Origin: Candidatus Hadarchaeota archaeon
Lineage (GTDB): Archaea; Hadarchaeota; Hadarchaeia; Hadarchaeales; Hadarchaeaceae
Length of the DNA stretch: 64,000 nucleotides
Direction: 5' to 3'
Assembly (NCBI GenBank): GCA_964514965.1
Contig: CAZETV010000001.1
Location: 30,756 to 94,755, forward strand
The position numbers were made by a program, and so were the translations under genes. The notes under the pieces are model-generated. The model was not told the origin of the DNA. It made no database searches and saw nothing but the letters and a program-made list of their open reading frames with translations. Shown here piece after piece: positions 56,029 through 64,000 of this stretch (position 1 is the stretch's first letter; each line of letters opens with the position of its first letter).

Positions 56029-56590
56029 ATGGCGGGCGCACGAAGACACGGTATTTGTCGGAGCCCTCTAACTCCATTATTATCCGTTTTGCAATCAAGC
56101 CTTTCGGGTTGGTTAATCCCTTTACTCTTTTATCTAAATTATCAAAGTCCGCGAAGAAGCCCTTCTTCCGCTCTTCGATGATCGCCCACATAAGTTTCTT
56201 CCCTATTCCTGGGATGAGTTCAAGTTGGTGGAAGCGCGTAGTCAGAGGCGTGGCACGATTGAAGAATTCTATGAATCGTTCTGGGGCCTCGCTGATCAGT
56301 CCCTCTATTGCGACTGGCAGCTCTGCTTTTGCCGCAGCTGTGAGCTCATCGTAACCCACACGGCGTTTGATTCTTTCGACTTTGTCTCGCCCGCCTTTGC
56401 CTATAAAAACGCGTTCGTGAGGGGTAAATATCACTCCTGCTATGGGCACGATTTCAAGCAGGGTGAAAAACGTGTCTCCAAGAATTTGAGCTATGGGCTC
56501 ACGCAAATGGATTGGCCTAGGGTCACCCGGGTTCCCATTAGGCAAGAAATCCAACACTACGCCTCGGTCTTCATACTTTTTGTCGACCAA
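55994..56590 (-). CDS. DUF655/COG1491 archaeal nucleic-acid-binding protein (OB + HhH)
   Basis: HhH motif LELIPGIGKKLMWAIIEER. Sits in a conserved neighbourhood with rpoF and rpl21e. Confidence 0.6.
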   Translation of the reverse strand: MVDKKYEDRGVVLDFLPNGNPGDPRPIHLREPIAQILGDTFFTLLEIVPIAGVIFTPHERVFIGKGGRDKVERIKRRVGYDELTAAAKAELPVAIEGLISEAPERFIEFFNRATPLTTRFHQLELIPGIGKKLMWAIIEERKKGFFADFDNLDKRVKGLTNPKGLIAKRIIMELEGSDKYRVFVRPPSRRASAEGEAP

Positions 56591-56617
56591 GAATACGCGC
56601 CTCCAACTAACTAGAAA

Positions 56618-56956
56618 CTACTTCCTGTACTCGTTAATTAGCTCTAAAATTTTTTTGATATCCTCATCTTCAAGCATTGTTCGTTCTTTTGCGAAAATGA
56701 GTTCCACATCCTCTTTTCTCTCGGGCATAAGATCAACGAGTGCAATTGCTTGATGTTCCCTTATTTTCTCAAGCTTGAGCAACTCACCGACCAGTTCCCC
56801 TGTTTTTTTGATATCTAACTTCGCAAATTTTTGCGCGTAATCGTAGGTGAGCCGTTGTCCGTACTCCAACTCTCCCTGCTTTTTTTGTTTTTCGAGGATT
56901 TCAAGTACTTTGGCCAGTGATACGGGTTTTTCACCTGTTACCCCTTTTCCTATCAT
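56618..56956 (-). CDS. rpoF: DNA-directed RNA polymerase subunit F (Rpb4 homolog)
   Basis: 112 aa with an acidic/helical pattern (LAKVLEILEKQ ... YAQKFAKL ... IFAKER). Overlaps rpl21e by 4 bp. Confidence 0.7.
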   Translation of the reverse strand: MIGKGVTGEKPVSLAKVLEILEKQKKQGELEYGQRLTYDYAQKFAKLDIKKTGELVGELLKLEKIREHQAIALVDLMPERKEDVELIFAKERTMLEDEDIKKILELINEYRK

Positions 56957-57252
56957 CTTACCCCCACCATTCTAAGGTGTTCTGGGCGGGAAATAACCTT
57001 TTTGATGGAGCCCCCGTCCCTAATTTCGACCACGTAAGCTCGCCCACAACGTTCCTGAACAACTCCAATTCTGCCATGGTACCGCGGGTGGGGCTGCCCC
57101 TTCGCGATGCTTGGGTCAAGGATAATTGTAACCTTCGTGCCAGGCCCAATCGGCTGAATCACTCGACTCACAGGCGAAAGCCCACGTTCACGAACATGCT
57201 TGGTGAGCTTTCTTCTGCTTTTGCTTCGAAGACCTTTCGATCTTTTAGCCAT
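56953..57252 (-). CDS. rpl21e: 50S ribosomal protein L21e
   Basis: MAKRSKGLRSKSRRKL ... YHGRIGVV ... matches L21e. Start at ATG 57252. Confidence 0.8.
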   Translation of the reverse strand: MAKRSKGLRSKSRRKLTKHVRERGLSPVSRVIQPIGPGTKVTIILDPSIAKGQPHPRYHGRIGVVQERCGRAYVVEIRDGGSIKKVISRPEHLRMVGVR

Positions 57253-57306
57253 GATAACACCATAAGTAATAGGTTTTCCTAACATTTCTAAACTACTCGT
57301 TCTCAC

Positions 57307-58701
57307 TTAAGAACTTTTTCTGCTAGCTCCCTTTCCTATATCGTGAGATATTTCCTTCGGTAATTGTTTCATTAGCTTTGCAAACGGGCCAAATTTCGGT
57401 CCTCGTCCTTTTATCATCTTTTTAATCAACTTTTTCATGAGTTCATATTGTTTTAGCAATTCTTTAACATCTGTCTCACCTGTGCCCGAGCCTCGGGCTA
57501 TTCGGTGAATTCGTGAGGCGTTGAGCAACTTCGGATTTTCGAGTTCCTCAGGAGTCATTGACTGCATGATAACCTTAAAACGCTTTAGTTTCTCCTCTCC
57601 AACCCGCATCTCTTCTTCCGGTATAGCTACCCCCAGTCCAGGGACCATCTGCATAAGCTTCTTGAGGGGACCCATTTTTCCCATCATTTCAAGCTGGCTG
57701 TAAACGTCTTGTAAAGTTATCTTGCCTGCGAGGATTGCTTTCATATCAGCAGGCTTCATATCTTCGGCTTTTGCGGTCTCCTCTATCTTCTTCAGTAATG
57801 TCTCAATATCGCCCATTCCAAGCAAGCGAGCCACGAAGCGCTCGGGCACAAAAGGCTCGAGATCATCTAGGTGTTCACCGACACCTATGAACTTAATCGG
57901 AGCCTCAGTTGCCGCAACCGCCGAGAGAGCTCCACCACCTTTTGCCGTGCCATCCAATTTGGTAATCAAAATCGAGCCTATGTTCGTTGCAGCTTTGAAT
58001 GCGGTGGCCTGCTCTTTTGCCTGTTGTCCCATTGTCCCATCCACGACAAGCATAATTTCGTCTGGCTCTATTGTTTTGGCGATTTGATGCATTTCTTCCA
58101 TCAGGGCTTCCTCTTTGCGATGCCTACCAGCCGTGTCAACGATGATTAATTCAAGATGCTCTTTTTTGTGCTGCTTGACGCCCTCCTTTGCGAGCTTAAT
58201 CGAATTCTTGGCTTGGGGTTCACCGAAAAATCTTGTGCCCACTTGTTGACTAAGTTGACTGAGCTGTTCGTACGCACCTGGGCGAAAGGTGTCCGCACAG
58301 ACAATGCCAACCTTGAAGCCCCGTTTCTTGAAGTGAGCGGCTAGCTTTGCCACCGAGGTCGTTTTTCCACTTCCTTGAAGGCCGACCATCAATAGTACCG
58401 TGGATTCTCCGGGCTTGAGCTGTAGTTGGGTTGGGCGCCCCATGAGCTTGGAGAGTTCTTCGTATACAATTTTGATGATGTGTTCCTTGCGTGCCATGCC
58501 AGGGGGAAGCTTCTCATCGAGTGCCCGCTTTTCTATTCGCTTCGTCATTTCCAGCACGAGTTCTACATTGGCGTCCGCCTGCAGTAGAGCGCGCTGGATA
58601 TCCCGCACTAGCTCCTTGATTACTCGCTCGTCAATGTGGGGCGCGCGTGTCAGCTTTCTGAGGGCGCTGTGCAGGGTCCTACCAAGTCTGTCGAGAACCA
58701 T
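57307..58701 (-). CDS. srp54: signal recognition particle protein SRP54
   Basis: N domain, G domain ([19 protein letters not shown]) and Met-rich M domain. 464 aa. Confidence 0.95.
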   Translation of the reverse strand: MVLDRLGRTLHSALRKLTRAPHIDERVIKELVRDIQRALLQADANVELVLEMTKRIEKRALDEKLPPGMARKEHIIKIVYEELSKLMGRPTQLQLKPGESTVLLMVGLQGSGKTTSVAKLAAHFKKRGFKVGIVCADTFRPGAYEQLSQLSQQVGTRFFGEPQAKNSIKLAKEGVKQHKKEHLELIIVDTAGRHRKEEALMEEMHQIAKTIEPDEIMLVVDGTMGQQAKEQATAFKAATNIGSILITKLDGTAKGGGALSAVAATEAPIKFIGVGEHLDDLEPFVPERFVARLLGMGDIETLLKKIEETAKAEDMKPADMKAILAGKITLQDVYSQLEMMGKMGPLKKLMQMVPGLGVAIPEEEMRVGEEKLKRFKVIMQSMTPEELENPKLLNASRIHRIARGSGTGETDVKELLKQYELMKKLIKKMIKGRGPKFGPFAKLMKQLPKEISHDIGKGASRKSS

Positions 58702-58754
58702 AGGGTATCACGTTCAATAATCGTTTGTCAAGTTGTATTAAATAAACGAGGAGG

Positions 58755-59795
58755 CTAAGCTCTTCTCTTGGGCATTAAGATCGTGCGAATCGGGAACGGG
58801 ATCGTGATGCCCTCCTTCTTGTAGCGTTTGTGTAGCTCCTTGACAAACTCATGAGTGATCAAGTACTTGTCCACGAATTCTTTGACCCTCAGGATGACGG
58901 TGAAATTTATACTAAAGTCGCTGAAGGTGTGATAACGGATGAAGGGCTCGAACTCAGGCACCCCACCAGTCACTTTTTTCAAAACTTTTTTACCTACATC
59001 AATGGTCACTCTTTCCACTTTCTCAAGGTCGCTGTCGTAGGCCACTCCAACCTGGACCAAGCAGGCCATCTGTGGCTCGGGTAAGTAGTAATTGGTGACT
59101 ATTGCTCCCGCCATTTTTGAGTTAGGTACTACAATTATGTTGTTTGGAAGTTCGCGTATTCTTGTGCTACGCCAACCGATCTCTTCCACATAGCCTTTTT
59201 GACCGGAGTCTAGCTCGATATAATCGCCTACCCTTACGGGTCGGTCGGACATAATGTAAATGCCGGCAAAGAACTCGGACAATGTTCCTTGAAGGGCGAA
59301 CGCAACTGCGAGGCCCCCTATCCCAAAGGCTGCGACTAATGCGGTCACTTGAATGCCAAGTGCATCTAGTATAAGTAAGAATGCTACAAAAAAGATGATA
59401 ATTTTCATGATTTTCTGGAGCGTTGGTACGAGTGTTTTCACGCTGGGGCGCACTGTGCCGTAGTACTTTAATATTCCAGTTATAATCCTCGTGGCGCACC
59501 ATGTTGTTATTAAGAGTATTAACAGGTAGCTGATGGTCGGGATATATCGTATAACCTCAGCAGGGACAAACGTTGCACGCTCAAGAGCAAAGTTAATCCC
59601 CATAATCAAGAATATTGCAACTATCGGCACTTTAATAGCAGCGAGAATGATATCGTCGATTTTGGTTTTCGTCTTTCTGGTGAGCCTACTGATGTAAATG
59701 TTTAACACAAATCTCAGCGCGTACCCCGCCACAATGAACCCGATTAATATTAAAATCGGCGTTAGTATTTGCCAGAGTTCTTCAATGGTCATCAT
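58755..59795 (-). CDS. mechanosensitive ion channel, MscS family
   Basis: Three N-terminal TM helices followed by the MscS beta-domain motif (VRVGDYIELD ... GYVEEIGWRSTRIR). Confidence 0.8.
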   Translation of the reverse strand: MMTIEELWQILTPILILIGFIVAGYALRFVLNIYISRLTRKTKTKIDDIILAAIKVPIVAIFLIMGINFALERATFVPAEVIRYIPTISYLLILLITTWCATRIITGILKYYGTVRPSVKTLVPTLQKIMKIIIFFVAFLLILDALGIQVTALVAAFGIGGLAVAFALQGTLSEFFAGIYIMSDRPVRVGDYIELDSGQKGYVEEIGWRSTRIRELPNNIIVVPNSKMAGAIVTNYYLPEPQMACLVQVGVAYDSDLEKVERVTIDVGKKVLKKVTGGVPEFEPFIRYHTFSDFSINFTVILRVKEFVDKYLITHEFVKELHKRYKKEGITIPFPIRTILMPKRRA

Positions 59796-59860
59796 TTACA
59801 CCAATGTTATTTTATAATCATATCTAAAAAACATATTTAAAACATCGCTTCCACTATTTC

Positions 59861-61351
59861 TTGGTTTTAATGGTTTCTGCGAATGATATACAGGTGCTTG
59901 TGAAATCTAAGTTGAAAGGATACAAATTTCTAATTGTTTCTAACCGTGAGCCTTACATCCATATGCACACGCCTGATGGGGTGCAGGTTAAGACCCCCGC
60001 TGGAGGTCTGACAGCGGCTCTGGACCCCCTGATGCAGACTACCGGCGGAACGTGGGTGGCAGGCGGTAGTGGGGATGCCGATCGGGAAAACGTAAATAAA
60101 CAAAATCGGTGCCGGGTCCCCCCCAGTAACCCGAAATATGTGCTTAAACGGGTCTGGATGTCAAAGGACGAGGTGGACAAGTTTTACTTCGGTTTTTCGA
60201 ATCAGACGCTCTGGCCCCTCTGCCATAACGTGTTTCGGGAACCCGTTTTCAAGAAATCGTTCTGGAACGGTTACAAGCACTCGAACGCACTGTACGCGGA
60301 AGCTATCAGGCAGGAGATGAAGGGAATAGATAAAGCTTTCATTTGGTTTCATGACTATCACTTGGGGCTAGCACCAAGAATGGTCAGGAATGGAGCCCCG
60401 AAAAAACAAAAGCTTGTGCTTGCTCATTTTTGGCATATTCCTTGGCCCACATGGGATACATTCACCCTTCTACCGTGGGGGGAGGCGATACTCGACGGCA
60501 TGCTCGCGAACGACCTCATTGGTTTTCACCTCCATAGTTATTGTGTCAACTTCTTGACGAGCGTTGAGAAGGTGATGGGAATTAAACCCGATTACAGGAC
60601 ACTTAACGTGAGATATAAAGGACGCAGCATTCACGTGAGGCCCTTCCCTATAAGCGTGGATTTTGAAACCATTGATAAACTGGTGAGAAGCCCAGGGGTA
60701 AAGCGGGAGATGAAGCGCGTCCGAGCTCTCCAGTACATTCCATACAAATATATCGGTGTAGGCGTAGATCGGATTGACTACACAAAGGGCATCATTGAGA
60801 GGTTCAGGGCCATAGATCGGTTTTTGGAGAAGTACCCAGAGTACCAGAATAATTTTGTGTTCGTGGAAGCAGGGGCACCAAGCCGCACACGAATTCCAAA
60901 GTATATGGAACTGAACGAGGAGATATCTAAAGTTGTCGAAAAGATTAATTGGAAATACATGAGGGGCTATTGGAAACCTATCATTTACATTGGGGGAAAG
61001 TTGGGTCCAGATAAACTTTTCGCATTATACAGAACCGCTGATGTTTGTTTAGTGAGCCCGATTCAAGACGGGATGAACTTGGTGGCGAAGGAATTCATCT
61101 CTGCAAATTTAGATTGCACGGGAGCGTTGATGTTAAGCAAATTTGCGGGAGCAACAGAGGAACTGGAGGGTGCCGTGATAATCAATCCTTATGATGTGGA
61201 GGGATTTGCAGACGCGATTAAAGATACTTTGGGCATGTCGCTGAAAGAGAAGCGCCAAAGGATGAAAAGTCTAAGGGCTAATGTTAAAAGGAATAATGTT
61301 TTCAAGTGGTTGTCAGATTTTATTTGCGAGGTCGCAAAATTCATCTCGTGA
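59861..61351 (+). CDS. otsA: alpha,alpha-trehalose-phosphate synthase (GT20)
   Basis: FLIVSNREP ... NQTLWPLCH ... WFHDYHL ... FWHIPWP ... VGVDRID ... SPIQDGMNLVAKEF. Confidence 0.85.
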   Translation: MVLMVSANDIQVLVKSKLKGYKFLIVSNREPYIHMHTPDGVQVKTPAGGLTAALDPLMQTTGGTWVAGGSGDADRENVNKQNRCRVPPSNPKYVLKRVWMSKDEVDKFYFGFSNQTLWPLCHNVFREPVFKKSFWNGYKHSNALYAEAIRQEMKGIDKAFIWFHDYHLGLAPRMVRNGAPKKQKLVLAHFWHIPWPTWDTFTLLPWGEAILDGMLANDLIGFHLHSYCVNFLTSVEKVMGIKPDYRTLNVRYKGRSIHVRPFPISVDFETIDKLVRSPGVKREMKRVRALQYIPYKYIGVGVDRIDYTKGIIERFRAIDRFLEKYPEYQNNFVFVEAGAPSRTRIPKYMELNEEISKVVEKINWKYMRGYWKPIIYIGGKLGPDKLFALYRTADVCLVSPIQDGMNLVAKEFISANLDCTGALMLSKFAGATEELEGAVIINPYDVEGFADAIKDTLGMSLKEKRQRMKSLRANVKRNNVFKWLSDFICEVAKFIS

Positions 61352-61356
61352 TTCGA

Positions 61357-62142
61357 ATGAAATATCTTTTTGATTTCTGGGAGGAAGTGAAGCGAGCTTT
61401 AACGCCTGGCGCTTTGTTGTTGCTCGATTACGATGGCACCCTCACTCCCATTGTCGAGAGACCAGAACTTGCTACTCTCTCACCAGATATGGGGGAATTA
61501 CTTAAACGTGTGTCCCAGCACTACACGCTGGGGATAATAAGCGGCAGGTCGCTCGCTGATGTGAAAAGGCTAGTTGGGCTGGAGGGGATATATTATGCGG
61601 GAAACCATGGTTTCAAAATAATTGGTCCGGGGGTGAAATTAGTCAAACCCGAGGCCGAGCGTGTGTGCTCAACTTTAATCAAATTTTGCAAGGAGTTACA
61701 GGAAAAACTGAGCAAAATCAAGGGAGCGATTGTTGAGAACAAGGGATTGACGGCAAGCGTTCATTACCGATTAGTCGCGGGGGGGGAGTTTGGCCATCTA
61801 AAAAACATTTTTGAAAAGGTGGTTAGTCCGTACATAGATTCAGGGGTAATAAAAGTTACCCGTGGTAAGAAAGTTTTCGAGATAAGACCGAACATTGAGT
61901 GGGACAAAGGGAAAGCTGTGCTTTGGATATATAGTGTAGTTGACCCCAAAGGAAAGCTCAAGCCAATTTATGTAGGAGATGACCAAACAGATGAGGACGC
62001 TTTTTTGGCTTTGAAAGAAAAGGGCATAACTATCTTGATTTCTGAGGAGCCGATAGAATCGAACGCAAAATACTTCGTAAAAAATATCGACGAGGTTAAG
62101 ACATTTTTTGAAAAACTAATAAATCTTAGCGCAGATATTTAG
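61357..62142 (+). CDS. otsB: trehalose-6-phosphate phosphatase (HAD)
   Basis: HAD motif I LLLDYDGTL and motif IV YVGDDQTDEDAF. Start set at ATG 61357, directly after the otsA stop. Confidence 0.8.
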   Translation: MKYLFDFWEEVKRALTPGALLLLDYDGTLTPIVERPELATLSPDMGELLKRVSQHYTLGIISGRSLADVKRLVGLEGIYYAGNHGFKIIGPGVKLVKPEAERVCSTLIKFCKELQEKLSKIKGAIVENKGLTASVHYRLVAGGEFGHLKNIFEKVVSPYIDSGVIKVTRGKKVFEIRPNIEWDKGKAVLWIYSVVDPKGKLKPIYVGDDQTDEDAFLALKEKGITILISEEPIESNAKYFVKNIDEVKTFFEKLINLSADI

Positions 62143-62153
62143 GGGGAATGTGA

Positions 62154-63170
62154 ATGAAAGCATTGATGCTAGCGGGCGGGTTTGCGACTCGACTTGGTAC
62201 TATCGGCGAGCAGATGCCCAAGGCAATGATAGTTGTCGAAGGGGACACAGTTCTTGGCCATTTGATTAAGAAGCTCGAAAATGAGAAAATTGAGCCGATA
62301 ATCTCGACAAATAAAAAGTTTGAGAATTTTTTTGAAAGATATAAAAATGTTTTTGTCGAAGAAGCGACGGCGGAGGAAGAAAAACTTGGGGCAGTTCAGG
62401 CAATAAATAATGCAATCAAAAAGCTGAAAATTGATGAGGATCTTTTGGTAGTGTGTGCCGACAATTATTTCTCCTCCGATTTCAATAGTTTCGTCTCCAG
62501 TTACACAGGTGAGCCGCTCATCGGCGTTTATCACGCGGGTCAAAACCCAGACATGAATCCAGAAGAGATGGCGACGATGAAATTTAAGGGAAGCGAAAGT
62601 TTTCCGCCGCCGGAGCAGAGCTTTTATCTAACCGATTTTAAAGAAAAAGTTAAACCGCCACTTAGCGATTACGTCAGTGCTGGCATATACCTCTACCCAA
62701 AATCAATTTTTCCAATATTAGACGAGTTCTGCAAGAGTGGAACTCAGGATGCTCCCGGATTTTTCATTCAACATTTGCAGGAACGTGGCGTGAAAGTCAA
62801 GGGCTATTTGTTCGGGGGTGAGTGGCACGATGTATCTCACAAGAGTTACCTCCAAGTCTTTAGTGATGCAAGACTCGTGAGGAGCGATGACCGTTACATT
62901 ATATGTGATAAACCCTTGGGCGAGAACTTGGTGCTTTCGATCACAATTTTGCATGCGGGTAAACACACGACTGGGCATTCCCACTCGGTTAATGAGGTTT
63001 ACTTCTTTGTCGAGGGGCAGGGCGAGATTGAGCTAGATGGTGAGCGGAGGGTCGTGAGGAGTAAGGATGTATTACCTATAAAGCCTGACGAGTTTCACCG
63101 TGTTTACAACACATCGGACATAGATCTCATCTTCATGTGTGTGTTTGAAAAATATGGGGAGAGGGGATAG
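62154..63170 (+). CDS. sugar-1-phosphate nucleotidyltransferase fused to C-terminal cupin domain (ManC-like architecture)
   Basis: N-terminal LAGGFATRLGT pyrophosphorylase motif. C-terminal cupin H-x-H ... E ... H pattern (GHSHSVNEVYFFVEGQG ... FHRV). Confidence 0.65.
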   Translation: MKALMLAGGFATRLGTIGEQMPKAMIVVEGDTVLGHLIKKLENEKIEPIISTNKKFENFFERYKNVFVEEATAEEEKLGAVQAINNAIKKLKIDEDLLVVCADNYFSSDFNSFVSSYTGEPLIGVYHAGQNPDMNPEEMATMKFKGSESFPPPEQSFYLTDFKEKVKPPLSDYVSAGIYLYPKSIFPILDEFCKSGTQDAPGFFIQHLQERGVKVKGYLFGGEWHDVSHKSYLQVFSDARLVRSDDRYIICDKPLGENLVLSITILHAGKHTTGHSHSVNEVYFFVEGQGEIELDGERRVVRSKDVLPIKPDEFHRVYNTSDIDLIFMCVFEKYGERG

Positions 63171-63215
63171 CTCCAAAAGTAAAAGTCGAAAAGCTTTGAG
63201 TATTCTGGGATAAAT

Positions 63216-64000
63216 TTGACAAAGATTAAGTTTGAAAAGAGGGTTCAAGAAGCTAAGCTACTAAGTCCTCTACAGGATTTCAAACTGGTTACCCAACCAA
63301 TCGAACTTAGAAAGGATCCACTTACTGGAAGACGGTGCAGAATAAATCTTGAGCGCGCGAAAAGGCCGAAACAAGCAACCGAGATAACCGACATAGAAAA
63401 TATCATCGAAGCCTCTCGGGCCAAATGCTTCTTCTGCTCAGAAAATTTGGAGAAAATGACTCCAATGTTCCCAGAGGATTTCCCGGAGGGTAGGATAAAG
63501 GTCGGAACCGCATGTATATTCCCGAATCTCTTTCCGTTTGGTGCTTTTCACGCAGTTGGGGTCTTCTCGGGAGATCACCACCTAGGTCTTAGTCAATTTT
63601 CACCTGAGTTACTTGAGGATTGTTTCGAGGGGTGTTTGAGGTATTTCGAGCAAGTACACGCGAGGCATCCTGAAATCAAGTATTGGCACATAAACTGGAA
63701 CTACATGCCGCCTGCTGCTGCCAGCATCATCCATCCGCACGTTCAGCTCACGGCTGACTCGGACCCGACTTCACGGTTCAAAGAATTAATCACAAGCAGC
63801 AAATCCTATTTCGATAGGGAAAGGAGTAATTATTGGTCAGACTTAGCGGAGGCGGAGAGAGAGAAAGGAGAGAGGTTTATCGAGAAAACTGGCCCCGTGG
63901 TTTGGATTACGAGTTTTGCTCCCGAAGGAAACAGCGAGGTTGTAGCAGTCTTCACAGGAATTTCCGCGATGACCGACCTCAAAAAACGCGGGCTCGGATA
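63216..64000 (+). CDS. GalT-like (HIT-superfamily) hexose-1-phosphate nucleotidyltransferase, partial (runs off window end)
   Basis: Open frame from a TTG at 63216 to the window end. N-terminal RKDPLTGRR ... ERAKRP and HIT-like HPHVQL motifs typical of the galactose-1-phosphate uridylyltransferase family. Absent from the supplied ORF track because it is unterminated. Confidence 0.6.
   Translation, partial: MTKIKFEKRVQEAKLLSPLQDFKLVTQPIELRKDPLTGRRCRINLERAKRPKQATEITDIENIIEASRAKCFFCSENLEKMTPMFPEDFPEGRIKVGTACIFPNLFPFGAFHAVGVFSGDHHLGLSQFSPELLEDCFEGCLRYFEQVHARHPEIKYWHINWNYMPPAAASIIHPHVQLTADSDPTSRFKELITSSKSYFDRERSNYWSDLAEAEREKGERFIEKTGPVVWITSFAPEGNSEVVAVFTGISAMTDLKKRGLG

Noticed and set aside
1-64000. 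rRNA genes, integrases, transposases, cas genes, restriction-modification or toxin-antitoxin pairs
   Set aside because: None recognised on either strand. The window looks like core chromosome plus redox and accessory metabolism rather than a mobile or defence island.

Overview
This window reads as an archaeal chromosomal segment: introns in canonical tRNA positions, archaeal-type aRF1, SRP54, RpoF, L21e/L40e r-proteins, GGGP synthase, leaderless TATA-proximal starts. It is gene-dense on both strands with many 4-bp ATGA-type overlaps. Housekeeping genes include metG, valS, prf1, pyrH, srp54, rpoF, rpl21e, rpl40e, three tRNAs (Ala-CGC and Ile-GAU each with a 15-nt intron, Cys-GCA without encoded CCA) and a SAH-recycling pair mtaD-ahcY. 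There is a complete-looking lysine/DAP operon (class-III aminotransferase-lysA-lysC-dapA-dapB-[pyruvyl-transferase-family gene]-asd). Other features are pyruvate:ferredoxin oxidoreductase porGDAB, hypF, sufCB, thi4, a LarE-like PP-loop protein, GTP cyclohydrolase III, GGGP synthase, trkH, mscS, and an otsA-otsB-NDP-sugar pyrophosphorylase/cupin-GalT-like sugar cluster. The most unusual locus is a redox gene cluster at 21.1-33.3 kb. On the minus strand, six translationally coupled genes encode an NAD(P)H-diaphorase module (HydG/FlxA-like plus two paralogous HydB/AsrA/FlxBC-like FeS subunits), MvhD, a 1115-aa HdrA with an embedded GltD/NfnB-like NAD(P)H domain, and a second canonical HdrA. The two hdrA genes share a 398-bp perfectly identical tract. 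No hdrB or hdrC is present. Divergently transcribed from it are mvhG-mvhA plus a hydrogenase maturation protease, and a second mvhD follows the suf operon. This looks like a candidate flavin-based electron-bifurcating complex with an unusual subunit combination. Smaller observations: a 27-bp perfect inverted repeat pair bracketing a convergent pair of paralogous genes; three TTGCACATAAATT direct repeats between a small RHH regulator and a divergent gene; a frameshifted stand-alone RAM-domain gene; and a GC-rich candidate structured RNA in a 466-bp intergenic gap.
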